A DNA stretch of 64,000 nucleotides from Candidatus Eiseniibacteriota bacterium (GTDB lineage Bacteria; Eisenbacteria; RBG-16-71-46): assembly GCA_963744995.1 (NCBI GenBank), contig CAVUWA010000005.1, forward strand, positions 64,001 to 128,000. The letters are read 5' to 3'. Positions 37,301-46,633 of the stretch are shown one piece after another (position 1 is the first letter of the stretch; each line of letters begins with the position of its first letter). A model generated the notes under the pieces. It saw nothing but the letters and a program-made list of their open reading frames with translations. It ran no database searches and was not told the DNA's origin. Both the position numbers and the translations under genes were made by a program.

Positions 37301-38973
37301 CGGGACCTCGCCTTCTCGAGCACGGCCACCCCGTCGCCGGTCACGCGGTAGATCGTCGCGACCCGCCAGTCCGGGTCCGGCCTGAGCAGCGGACGGCCGC
37401 CGAAATAGTACCCGCCGCGGGTGGTGACCGGCAGTCGGAAGATGCCGCGCGAGCGCAGCGTGGCCACGGGGCGCAGGATCGAACGGTCGAGCCTGACGTC
37501 GGGATCGTCCACGAACAGCGGGATCACCAGCCAGTCGCCGGCATGCAGCGTGCTGCGGCCGGTCATGACCGGCCGCATGCCGCTCCGCGGCGCGTAGTAT
37601 TGAAAAGCACCGAAGTGATTGCCTACGTACCAGACCTGATCGGCGGCGCCGGAGCCCGCGCCACGCGCCCGCTCGATGGTCCGCAGGACGCGCTGCACGT
37701 CGTCCCTCTGTGCCCGGGCGTCGTCCACGTCCACCGCCCAGAAGCCAAGGCCGAAGACCACGGCGAAGGCTGCCGCGGCGCCGAGCAGCGCCATTCGCGC
37801 CGGCGCCCCGGCGGCGCGCCGCGCCGCGCATCGCGCGAGCAGCAGCGACGCCACCACCAGAACCCCCATCACCCGCCGCGCCGCCGGCGCCGTAGAGATC
37901 AAGAAGTAGCCGGCCAGCTCGAGCGAGAGCCAGAGCAGCAGGAAGCGGTCCAGCGGCTCGTGCCTGCGGCCGCTGCGCCACAGGACCACGCCCGCGATCG
38001 CGAAGATCGCGAGCGCGGCCGGTCCGAGCGTGGCGTTGTCGAAGTCGATGAAACGACCGCCGCTGATTCCGTCGAGCGCCGCCACGACGTGCTCGGGGAG
38101 CAGTGCGAACGCAGCGTAGCCGGCGGCCACCACGGTCATGGCGAGCACCGTGGCCCGGCGCGAAGCGCCGACGGCCGCCAGCCCGAGCGGCACGAGCCCG
38201 GCGGCCAGGACGCCGACGAAACGGAACAGCGGCACGACCAGGTCCAGGCGCGGGACCCCGCTCTCGCCGCGCTCCCGGCGCCCGAGGTAGTGAAGCACCG
38301 GCGTATCGCCATAGCGCAGGCCCATCAGCGCCTCCCAGCCCAGAGCGAGGAGCCCCGCCGCGACGCAGGCGGCGAGGGCGAGACGGACGCGCCGGGTCAC
38401 CAGCCCGTACGCGAGGATCACCGCCGGGGCGATCGCGCCGGTGTACTTGGTCTGGATCGCCAGCCCCGCCACGATCCCCGCGAGCACGGCGCCGCGCACG
38501 GAGTCGCGATCCGCGGCACGGGCGAACAGGGCGATCGCGCCGAGGCTCATGGCCAGGGCGGGGACGTCGATCATGAAGTTGAACCCGGGGAGCACCCAGG
38601 GCGAAAGCATGACGGTCCAGGTGAACGGCACCGCGACTCCGGGCGCGACACGAACCAGCAGGGCGTGCAGGGCGAACGCCAGCAGCAGCGCCCAGAGGAG
38701 CAGCCACAGCTTGAGGAGGACCACGTGGTTCCCGAGCAGACGCATGCCGGCGCCGAGCCAGTAGATCGACACGGGCGGCGCGTTGTTGTAGAGCGCGGGG
38801 CCGTACGCCTGGTAGGTGAACATCTCGCCGCCGTAGGGATTCAGCGGATTCTGCGCCACGTGCCGCGCGTGGAGCAGGTACGAGGGATCGTCCATGGTGA
38901 CCGGCTTGATGGCGTTGAGGAGCGTGAGCGAGAGCGCGGCGACGAAGAGATGGATTCGGGCGGACCGGGTCAT
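37297..38973 (-). CDS. ArnT/PMT-like (GT-C) membrane glycosyltransferase
   Basis: KPVTMDDPSYL, NNAPPVSIYW, MIDVP, GLAIQTKY; many TM helices. Confidence 0.72.
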   Translation of the reverse strand: MTRSARIHLFVAALSLTLLNAIKPVTMDDPSYLLHARHVAQNPLNPYGGEMFTYQAYGPALYNNAPPVSIYWLGAGMRLLGNHVVLLKLWLLLWALLLAFALHALLVRVAPGVAVPFTWTVMLSPWVLPGFNFMIDVPALAMSLGAIALFARAADRDSVRGAVLAGIVAGLAIQTKYTGAIAPAVILAYGLVTRRVRLALAACVAAGLLALGWEALMGLRYGDTPVLHYLGRRERGESGVPRLDLVVPLFRFVGVLAAGLVPLGLAAVGASRRATVLAMTVVAAGYAAFALLPEHVVAALDGISGGRFIDFDNATLGPAALAIFAIAGVVLWRSGRRHEPLDRFLLLWLSLELAGYFLISTAPAARRVMGVLVVASLLLARCAARRAAGAPARMALLGAAAAFAVVFGLGFWAVDVDDARAQRDDVQRVLRTIERARGAGSGAADQVWYVGNHFGAFQYYAPRSGMRPVMTGRSTLHAGDWLVIPLFVDDPDVRLDRSILRPVATLRSRGIFRLPVTTRGGYYFGGRPLLRPDPDWRVATIYRVTGDGVAVLEKARSR

Positions 38974-39173
38974 GCGGGTCACTCCGGGCCCAGGGGGCGG
39001 TGAGCGCGCCGCCGGCGGCCGGCGGTTATGATGGAGACGGTCCAGCTTAGGCAGTCCATGACGTCGTCGCAACGTGAAGGGATGGATGCGCAAGCACCGT
39101 GCGAGGCACGGGTGCGTCTGGTCCGCCCCCGGCGGCGGTTCTCATCCCGGGTCATCCGAAAAAGCGGGGGAAG

Positions 39174-40724
39174 GTGAAGGGACAGCCCGAGCGCGGCCGA
39201 TTCGGCAGGCGCATCATCACCAACACGATTCATGCCGCGAGCGGTCGCGTGGTCGCGCTGATCGTGTGGCTCGCCTACACGCCCTACCTGCTCTCGTCGC
39301 TCGGCGCCGAGCGGTTCGGCCTGTGGTCGCTGTTCTTCGCCATCACCGGAACGCTGGTGGCGTTCGACCTCGGCCTGTCACAGGCGACGCTGCGCCACGT
39401 GGCCGACGCTCATGCGCGGGGTGACGAGGAATCCGCGGGCGCCTTCGCGACGATCGCGGTGGTGGCGTTCGTCGTTCTGGGCCTCTTCTGGCTCGCGCTC
39501 GCCCTGCTGCTCGGGCATGCGCTGCCCGCGTGGCTGCGCTTCCCGACCGACGTTCGCGCGGATGCCGGCTTCGTGATCGTGAGCGGCGCGATCGTGTTCG
39601 CGATCATGGGCCTCGCGACGGTGACGATGGCCGTGGCGCAGGGCTACGGGCGCTTCGATCTGGCGAACGCGGCGATGCTCGCGGTCACGGCCCAGATCGC
39701 GATCGGCATTCCCGTGGTGCTCTCGCGCGGCTGGGGGCTCCGCGGCCTGGTGATGAACGTCGGCCTCGCCTGGCTCGTGGGCGGAGGCGTGGCCCTGGCG
39801 GCGGTGCATCACGCATTGCCGCACTTCCGCTTCGTCTCGCCGCTCGCGGCCCGCACCCGCCTGCGCGCAGCGCTCGCATTCGGCGGGCCGATGCAGCTGG
39901 CCGTCGCCGGCTACACCGCGCACCAGCATCTCGACAAGTTCCTGCTGGTTCCGATGGTCGCGCTGGCGGCCGTCACGCCCTACGAGCTCGGCTTCCGCGT
40001 ATCGAATGCGGCATTCTCGCTCGTGCAGCTCCTGCTGCTGGCGATCCTGCCCGCCGCGGCCTCACTCCACGCGCGACGGAAGCCCGAGTGGCTGTTCGAG
40101 CTGCACCAGCGCGGCGGACGTTACGTGCTGGCAGCGGCCGTGCTGCTGTTCACGCCGCTCGCGACCGCGGCGGACCGGCTGTTCGAAGCGTGGCTGGGTC
40201 CCGGCCATGGAGAGGCCGCCATGGTGCTGCGCGGCCTGGCCCTCGCATCGGCCGTCTTCGTGGCCGCAGGCGTGGCGACGAGCATCGCACGCGGCCTCGG
40301 TCGTACCCGTCTCGAGGCGTGGTTCTCGCTCACGATGCTCGCGACGCACGTCGTCCTCGCGGTGATCCTCATTCCCACCATGGGGCTCGCAGGGGCCCTG
40401 ATCGCCATGGTGACGAGCGCGCTGCTCGGCGTCGTCGTCTTCCTGTGGCGGTTCGCCGCCATGCTCGGGTGGCCCGTCCGCAAGACGCTGGTCGAACCGC
40501 ATGGCGTCCCGCTGCTCGCCGCGGGCGCGGGGGCGCTGGCCGGCGGTGCGGTGGATCGCTTCTGGCCGGGTGGCGCGTTCACGGGTCTCGTCGCCGTGCT
40601 CGCGGCGACTGCAGCCGTCTCGCTCTCGATCACGCTCGCGACGCGCTACGTGCGCTGGCAGGAGGTGCCCGGAATCCTCGCGCGCGGCGGCGTGCGGCCG
40701 TGGGGCGAGGGCGGATCGGGCTAG
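39174..40724 (+). CDS. Wzx/MOP family oligosaccharide flippase
   Basis: TPYLLSSLGAERFGLW, FDLGL, LDKFLL; roughly 12-14 TM helices; start approximate. Confidence 0.85.
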   Translation: MKGQPERGRFGRRIITNTIHAASGRVVALIVWLAYTPYLLSSLGAERFGLWSLFFAITGTLVAFDLGLSQATLRHVADAHARGDEESAGAFATIAVVAFVVLGLFWLALALLLGHALPAWLRFPTDVRADAGFVIVSGAIVFAIMGLATVTMAVAQGYGRFDLANAAMLAVTAQIAIGIPVVLSRGWGLRGLVMNVGLAWLVGGGVALAAVHHALPHFRFVSPLAARTRLRAALAFGGPMQLAVAGYTAHQHLDKFLLVPMVALAAVTPYELGFRVSNAAFSLVQLLLLAILPAAASLHARRKPEWLFELHQRGGRYVLAAAVLLFTPLATAADRLFEAWLGPGHGEAAMVLRGLALASAVFVAAGVATSIARGLGRTRLEAWFSLTMLATHVVLAVILIPTMGLAGALIAMVTSALLGVVVFLWRFAAMLGWPVRKTLVEPHGVPLLAAGAGALAGGAVDRFWPGGAFTGLVAVLAATAAVSLSITLATRYVRWQEVPGILARGGVRPWGEGGSG

Positions 40725-40972
40725 GCGACAGGTTTCGCGCCGCGCACGCGGCCACCGACGAACTGCCCGCCGAAGAACGCCGCGACCAGGAAAGGCACCG
40801 AGGAGAGGTGCCAGCCGATTCCCGAGGCGAGGCGCAGTGCGACGACCAGCGGAACCGGACTGTGCACCGCGAGAAACCACGCCCGCGAAAACTTCCTCAC
40901 CCCCGCGCGCCAGTAGCCGAACGGGAGGTTGAGAACGAAGACCCCGAGCGCCACCCACAGCAGTCTCGTCAT
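40721..40972 (-). CDS. Small hypothetical membrane protein
   Basis: 83 aa, hydrophobic, LNLPFGYWRAGVRKFSRAWFLAVHSPVP. Confidence 0.7.
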   Translation of the reverse strand: MTRLLWVALGVFVLNLPFGYWRAGVRKFSRAWFLAVHSPVPLVVALRLASGIGWHLSSVPFLVAAFFGGQFVGGRVRGAKPVA

Positions 40973-41280
40973 GTTCTTCCCATGCTCCCCTTACCCGTCG
41001 TCCGGGCCATGCGCAGGATCCCATGGACCATCGGTCGTGGATCCTCGCTCGCCATGGCGATCCTCCACCGGCGCCCTTGCGCCCGCACCATCACGGGCGT
41101 TCCCGATGCGGTCGCGACCTCAGAGTAGCGGGACCGGCCGCGCTCGTCGATGCGTCGCTCGCCGCGCAGATCGTCGGACCCTGCCTCCGTGCGCACGCGG
41201 CCTCCCGTGATCGAGCTGCATCGGTCCTCTCCCACCGGACCGAGACACACCGGCGCGGCCCCTGCCGAAGCTGCATGCTC

Positions 41281-41296
41281 TGCGACATTTTGTCCG
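41281..41296 (+). promoter_or_regulatory. Possible upstream activator site for a sigma54 enhancer-binding protein
   Basis: TGCGACATTTTGTCCG, core palindrome GACA-TTT-TGTC, about 130 bp upstream of the putative sigma54 promoter. Confidence 0.3.
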
Positions 41297-41414
41297 GGCG
41301 CGCCGCGACCCGGGGCGCCTTCTCGACGCAGCGCAGGTCGTGCGCGCCTTGCGAACGCTCGACGCCCCGTGCAGTTAGCCGTCGCTGCGTTCGGCGCCGG
41401 CGCGCCGGCGTCCG

Positions 41415-41430
41415 TGGCTCGTCTTATGCA
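41415..41430 (+). promoter_or_regulatory. Putative sigma54 (-24/-12) promoter
   Basis: TGGCTCGTCTTATGCA: GG-N10-GC spacing, close to the consensus TGGCACG-N4-TTGCW. Confidence 0.5.
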
Positions 41431-41571
41431 GGATCCATACACACCGGAAGTGCGCCGCCGCTGGCGACGCGCCGACGGGAGCCAGGTGCGCCGTTCTCCG
41501 CCTGCCCGCTCGAGGATCCGCACGACGCTGCGGAGGCGGGCCGTCGTTTTTTCGAACGCGGAGTCGAGGAC

Positions 41572-42276
41572 ATGACGTCCCTGGCGATTCAGAAGTCTCT
41601 GCTGGCACTGTTGTTCGCGGCGAGCGCTTTCGCGGCTCCCGCCCCCGGCGATTCCGCCGGCCGCATCCCGGCCCCCGAGCCCCGTTTCCCCGCGGACATC
41701 GTCTATGCCCGCGAAGGTCACGCCGACAGCGCGGTGGTCTTCAGCCATCCGATCCACTTCATGCTCGCCGGCAACACCTGCACCGCGTGTCACCCGGCGA
41801 CGTTCCACATGCTCACGCGCGGTCCCGAGCCGACCCACCGCGACATGAACGCGGGCGCCTCGTGCGGCACGTGCCATAACGGCCGCGACGCGTTCGGCAC
41901 GACCGACGCCACGGCCTGCGCCACGTGCCACACCGGCCCGCCGAAGAAGGAAGTGGCGGCAGCCGCTTCCGCAGCGCCGGGCGGCGCAACGGCCGCCGCC
42001 GCACCTGCGGCGCCGCGCGTGCCGAAGCCACACGCCTATCCGCGCGCCGCGGACTCCCCCGGCCGCGTCACGTTCCAGCATGCGACGCACGCGAAGGCGG
42101 GTTGTGCGACGTGCCACCCGCAGCCGTTCCAGATGAAGGCGGCGCCGCCGCTTCCCGACTTCGGCATGCACGGCGAATCCGCATGCGGCAAGTGCCACGA
42201 CGGCAAAGCGGCGTTCGCGGCCGAGGACCCCGCGAACTGTGATCGCTGCCACAAGGGCGAAGGAGCCACCCCATGA
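41572..42276 (+). CDS. Periplasmic hexaheme cytochrome c with two c7-type triheme domains
   Basis: GAGGA RBS; signal peptide; six CxxCH (CTACH, CGTCH, CATCH, CATCH, CGKCH, CDRCH); F.H..H distal His motifs; Ala/Pro linker between the halves. Confidence 0.9.
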   Translation: MTSLAIQKSLLALLFAASAFAAPAPGDSAGRIPAPEPRFPADIVYAREGHADSAVVFSHPIHFMLAGNTCTACHPATFHMLTRGPEPTHRDMNAGASCGTCHNGRDAFGTTDATACATCHTGPPKKEVAAAASAAPGGATAAAAPAAPRVPKPHAYPRAADSPGRVTFQHATHAKAGCATCHPQPFQMKAAPPLPDFGMHGESACGKCHDGKAAFAAEDPANCDRCHKGEGATP

Positions 42277-43052
42277 GCCGCGGCCTGCTGTTCGATTCCA
42301 CCCGCTGCATCGGCTGTGGCGCCTGCTCGGCCGCGTGCAAGGAGCAGAACGGTCTGCCGGACGAGATCGAGAAGAAGACCACCGCCTACACCTGGACCGT
42401 GGTCGAGCACCACGAGGGCGCCAACGTGCGCCGTATGTGCATGCACTGCCTCTCGCCGACGTGCGTGTCGGTGTGCCCCGTCGGCGCGATGAAGAAGACG
42501 GCCCAGGGACCGGTCGACTACGACTCCGATCTCTGCATCGGCTGCCGCTACTGCATCATGGCGTGCCCGTTCGGCGCGCCGAAGTACCAGTGGGACAAGC
42601 TGCTGCCGGTGGTCGGCAAGTGCGTGATGTGCGCGCCGCGCGTGGCCGCCGGGCAACCGACGGCCTGCGCCGCCGTCTGCCCCACCGGGGCGACCCTGTT
42701 CGGCGAACGTGACGACCTGATCCGCGAGGCGCGCGAGCGGATCGCCCGTGAGCCCGATCGCTACGTCGACCACATCTACGGTCTCGAGGAGGCGGGCGGC
42801 ACCTCGGTGCTGATGCTGTCGAACGTCTCGTTCGCGGGGCTCGGCCTGCCCGGCAATCTGCCCCACGAAGAGCTGCCGCAGCTCACCTGGCGCGTGCTCT
42901 CGCACCTCCCCGACGTCGTCTCGGTCGGCGCCGTGGCGCTGTTCGGCATCCACTGGATCACCAAGCGGCGCACCTACGTCCGCCTCGCCGAAGGCGGCGA
43001 CGCGCCCGTCGAGCCGCCGACGTCGGCAGACGGTGGAAGGAGCGGATCATGA
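42273..43052 (+). CDS. 4Fe-4S polyferredoxin subunit (HybA/HmcB/FdnH-like) with C-terminal TM helix
   Basis: CIGCGACSAAC, CMHCLSPTCVSVCP, CIGCRYCIMACPF, KCVMC...C...CPTGA and YGLEEAGGTS. Confidence 0.9.
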   Translation: MSRGLLFDSTRCIGCGACSAACKEQNGLPDEIEKKTTAYTWTVVEHHEGANVRRMCMHCLSPTCVSVCPVGAMKKTAQGPVDYDSDLCIGCRYCIMACPFGAPKYQWDKLLPVVGKCVMCAPRVAAGQPTACAAVCPTGATLFGERDDLIREARERIAREPDRYVDHIYGLEEAGGTSVLMLSNVSFAGLGLPGNLPHEELPQLTWRVLSHLPDVVSVGAVALFGIHWITKRRTYVRLAEGGDAPVEPPTSADGGRSGS

Positions 43053-44215
43053 GCGTCGCTCTCGAAGCCCCGCGCCGGCGCGCGATGCCCGGCTTCTGGA
43101 CCGTGATCTTCTTCGTGATCCTGGCCGCGTTCCTGTTCGTGACCTTCGTGCGGTTCACGCGCGGGCTCGGCGCCACGACGAACCTGAGCGACGCCTTCCC
43201 GTGGGGGCTCTGGATCGGCTTCGACATCCTGTGCGGCGTCGGCCTCGCCGCGGGCGCGTTCACGATCATGGCGACGGTGCACCTGTTCAACATCCGCCGC
43301 TTCGACCCGATCGTCCGTCCGACGGTGCTGACCGGCTACCTCGGATACCTGTTCGTCGTATTCGCCCTGATGTACGACCTCGGTCAGCCGTGGCGGATCT
43401 GGCACGCGATCGTGTTCTGGAACCCGCACTCGGTCATGTTCGAGGTCGCCTGGTGCGTGATGCTCTACACCACGGTGCTCACGTTCGAATTCCTGCCGAT
43501 GGTGCTCGAGCGGTTCCGTCTCGACCGGCTGCGCCGCATCCTGCACAACGCGAACACGCCGCTGGTGGTGCTCGGCGTGCTGCTCTCGACCATGCACCAG
43601 TCCTCGCTGGGCTCGCTCTACCTGATCGTGCCGTCCAAGCTCTACCCGCTGTGGTATTCGCCGATGCTGCCGTGGCTGTTCTACGTGTCGGCGATCGGCG
43701 CCGGACTCGGCATGGTCATTGTCGAGTCGTGGCTCTCGGGGCGTGCGTTCGGGCGCGAACTCGAACTCGAGCTGCTCGAACCGCTCGGTCGGGCCATGGT
43801 GGTCGTGCTCGCCGTATTCGGCGTGCTGCGCCTGCAGTCGATCTGGCACGAGGGCGCGCTGGGCCTGATGTTCCAGCCCACCTACGAGGCCCACATGTTC
43901 CAGCTCGAATTCGGGCTCGGCGTCGTGCTGCCGATCGCGCTGCTGCTCTGGCGGCGCATCCGCACCTCCCCCGCGGGGCTGGTCGCGGGCGGCGCACTCG
44001 CGGTGCTGGGCTTCATCATGCACCGGTTGAACGTGAGCGTGACCGGACTCGAACGGGCGGCGGGCATGCATTACCGGCCGTCGTGGATGGAGGTCACCGT
44101 GTCCGTGGGCCTCGTGGCCATCGGCTTCGCGGTCTTCGCGCTGGCGGCACGCTACCTGCCGGTGTTCCCGCGGCACGGGCACGATTCACCCGCGCCGGCG
44201 GCGCGGGACGCCTGA
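43049..44215 (+). CDS. NrfD/PsrC family membrane subunit (HybB/HmcC-like)
   Basis: GLGATTNLSDAFPWGLWIGFD, DLGQPWR, SVMFEVAWC, LSTMHQSSLG. Confidence 0.9.
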   Translation: MSVALEAPRRRAMPGFWTVIFFVILAAFLFVTFVRFTRGLGATTNLSDAFPWGLWIGFDILCGVGLAAGAFTIMATVHLFNIRRFDPIVRPTVLTGYLGYLFVVFALMYDLGQPWRIWHAIVFWNPHSVMFEVAWCVMLYTTVLTFEFLPMVLERFRLDRLRRILHNANTPLVVLGVLLSTMHQSSLGSLYLIVPSKLYPLWYSPMLPWLFYVSAIGAGLGMVIVESWLSGRAFGRELELELLEPLGRAMVVVLAVFGVLRLQSIWHEGALGLMFQPTYEAHMFQLEFGLGVVLPIALLLWRRIRTSPAGLVAGGALAVLGFIMHRLNVSVTGLERAAGMHYRPSWMEVTVSVGLVAIGFAVFALAARYLPVFPRHGHDSPAPAARDA

Positions 44216-44240
44216 CCGTAACGAGCGTGTGGGGGTGCGC

Positions 44241-46241
44241 ATGAAACCGCACATCGGAACCCTGGCGATCGTGGGCGTCGCGGTGGTCACTGCCGTGGTG
44301 ATCGGCGTCATGTCGGGGATCATGATCCGCGCCCACCAGCGCGCCCTCATCGCACAGCTCACGCGCAGCGCCGATCAGCTGAGCGAAACCATCGCCAGCA
44401 CGACGTACCACGACATGCTCGAGAACCGGCGCGACGCGGTGCACCGCGAGATCACGACCATCGGTCATCAGGACGGGATCGACAGGGTGCGGCTGTTCAA
44501 CGCCGCGGGCACGATCATGTTCTCGTCGGACCAGGCCGAGATCGGCCATGCGCTCGACAAGAACGCCGAGGCCTGCTACGCGTGCCACGCGGCGGGCCAG
44601 CCGCCCGCGGCACTGTCCATGCACGAGCGCGCCCGCATCTACCGCGCCGGCGACGGGCATCGCGTGCTCGGCATGATCCGGCCGATCCACAACGAGCAGA
44701 CCTGCTCCAGCGCCGCCTGTCACGCGCACTCGCGCGACGAGACCGTGCTCGGCGTGCTCGACGTCAACCTGTCGCTCGCCGCCGCCGACGCGCAGATCGC
44801 CGGCGACCAGCGGCGCATGTGGATGCTCGCCGTGCTGGCGATCGCGGCCAGCAGCCTGCTGCTCTGGTGGCTGAGCCGGCAACTGATCCTGAAGCCGGTG
44901 GCCGCGCTGATCGCGGGCACGCGCCGGGTCGCGCGCGGCGACCTGTCGACGGCCATTCCGGTGACGGGCGGGCAGGAGCTCGGCGACCTGGCCCGCTCGT
45001 TCAACGACATGACGCAGCGCCTGAACGAGATGCAGCGCCAGCTCACGCAGTCCGACAAGCTGGCGTCGGTCGGCCGCCTCGCCGCGGGCGTGGCGCACGA
45101 GATCAACAACCCGCTCACGGGCGTGCTGACCTACGCCTCGTTCCTCGAGAAGCGCGCCGCGAACGATCCGGAGACCCGCGCCGATCTCGAGGTCATCGTG
45201 CGCGAGACCAAGCGCTGCCGGGAGATCACCCGCGGGCTGCTGGACTTCGCCCGGCAGACACCGCCCAGGCGCCAGCCCATCGACGTCAACGAGGTCGTGC
45301 GCCGCGCCGCGGCCGTGGTCATGAATCAGCTCACGCTTGCGCGCGTCAACATCCGGTTCGAGCTGGGCGAGGATCTGCACACCATCCCCGCGGACGCGAA
45401 CCAGATCCAGCAGGTGGTCGTGAACCTGCTCCTCAACGCCGCCGACGCCATCGCCGGCGCCAGCCCGAGCCCCGGCGGCACGATCACCGTGCGCACCGCG
45501 CGCGCGGCGGTGCCGCCCCAGGGCTATGCGATCGTGCGCACGGCCACGTGCCCCAGAGGATGCGACCTGCTCGACAAGGACGTGCGCCTCGGCGGCGCGC
45601 CGTCGATCCGCATCGTGCGCAGGAGTGGCGACCGCGACGGGGTCATGCACATGGACCCGCGCTACGGCCATGGCCAGCACCATGCGCCGGAGCAGCGCCA
45701 GGAGGGCGAAATCCTGGAGCACCTGTGCCCGTCCTGTCACACGCCGCTCGAGCTGCCGGATCGCCGCTGCCCGGACTGCGGGGCGCCGATGTTCGGCGTG
45801 AACGTGGGCGGCGCAGGCCAGATCGAATGGTGCGCGCGGGCCGGTTGTCCGGGGAGCCGCTGGGAGGCGATGGACCGCCTCGGGCCGCAGCCCTACCTCG
45901 AGATCACGGTCGAAGACACCGGGCGCGGCATCGCCCGGGAAGAGATGGACCGCCTGTTCGATCCGTTCTTCACCACCAAGGGCCCGCGCGGCACGGGTCT
46001 GGGGCTCGCGGTCACCTGGGGCATCGTCGAGGGCCACGCGGGCTCGATCGCCGTCGAGAGCGAGCCCGGCAGGGGTTCGCGCTTCACGGTGCGGTTGCCG
46101 TGCGAGGTACCGGACGCGATGGCCGGCGCGAGCGCGTCGCCGCCCGCGCCCGTGCCCATGCCCGATGCGCGCGGCAATACCGGACCGGGTGCCGTGCGCG
46201 GTTCGGTGCCGCTGCCGCGTACGACCGGAGGCACGCCATGA
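44241..46241 (+). CDS. Sensor histidine kinase with heme-c-binding periplasmic domain, HAMP, and Cys-rich insertion in the ATPase domain
   Basis: CYACH and CSSAACH between two TM helices; AHEINNPL (H box); NLLLNA; ~110-aa Cys-rich insert; DTGRGI, FDPFFTTK, GTGLGL. Confidence 0.88.
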   Translation: MKPHIGTLAIVGVAVVTAVVIGVMSGIMIRAHQRALIAQLTRSADQLSETIASTTYHDMLENRRDAVHREITTIGHQDGIDRVRLFNAAGTIMFSSDQAEIGHALDKNAEACYACHAAGQPPAALSMHERARIYRAGDGHRVLGMIRPIHNEQTCSSAACHAHSRDETVLGVLDVNLSLAAADAQIAGDQRRMWMLAVLAIAASSLLLWWLSRQLILKPVAALIAGTRRVARGDLSTAIPVTGGQELGDLARSFNDMTQRLNEMQRQLTQSDKLASVGRLAAGVAHEINNPLTGVLTYASFLEKRAANDPETRADLEVIVRETKRCREITRGLLDFARQTPPRRQPIDVNEVVRRAAAVVMNQLTLARVNIRFELGEDLHTIPADANQIQQVVVNLLLNAADAIAGASPSPGGTITVRTARAAVPPQGYAIVRTATCPRGCDLLDKDVRLGGAPSIRIVRRSGDRDGVMHMDPRYGHGQHHAPEQRQEGEILEHLCPSCHTPLELPDRRCPDCGAPMFGVNVGGAGQIEWCARAGCPGSRWEAMDRLGPQPYLEITVEDTGRGIAREEMDRLFDPFFTTKGPRGTGLGLAVTWGIVEGHAGSIAVESEPGRGSRFTVRLPCEVPDAMAGASASPPAPVPMPDARGNTGPGAVRGSVPLPRTTGGTP

Positions 46242-46633
46242 ACGCCGCCTGCGACGTGCTGGTCGTGGACGACGAGCCCGTGGTCGCCGATGCGATCCGG
46301 CTGGTGCTCGGTGCGGAAGGATTCGCCGTCACTGCCGTGCTCGACGCCGAAGCGGCCCTCGCCCATCCCGATCTCGAGCGCTGCCGCCTCGTGATCTGCG
46401 ATCTGATGCTGCCGGGGCGCTCGGGGCTCGAGGCGCTCCAGGCCATGCGCGCACGGCGCCCCGAGCTGCCCATCGTGATGATCACCGGCTACGCCCTTCC
46501 CGCCCAGGAGCAACAGGTGCTCGAGGCGGGCGCCACGGCGTTCCTGGCGAAGCCTTTCGACGATACCGAACTGCTCACCCTGGTACGGCGCGTGCTGTCC
46601 GAGAACGTCGCCGGGAAGGAGTCCTCTCCATGA
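46238..46633 (+). CDS. Single-domain response regulator
   Basis: GGAGG RBS; VVDDE, ICDLMLP, MITGY, LAKPF. Confidence 0.88.
   Translation: MNAACDVLVVDDEPVVADAIRLVLGAEGFAVTAVLDAEAALAHPDLERCRLVICDLMLPGRSGLEALQAMRARRPELPIVMITGYALPAQEQQVLEAGATAFLAKPFDDTELLTLVRRVLSENVAGKESSP

Noticed and set aside
36290..38707. 805-aa ORF as one large acyltransferase fusion
   Set aside because: Its first ~470 codons overlap the GT-C gene in another frame and are low-complexity; only the last ~336 codons look like protein.
42273..44215. Hydrogenase-2 (hyb) operon
   Set aside because: Only HybA- and HybB-like subunits are present; no NiFe large or small subunit or maturation genes.
45726..45740. CPSCH as a third heme c site in the kinase
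   Set aside because: It lies in the cytoplasmic ATPase insert, out of reach of heme c maturation; more likely part of a metal-binding Cys cluster.
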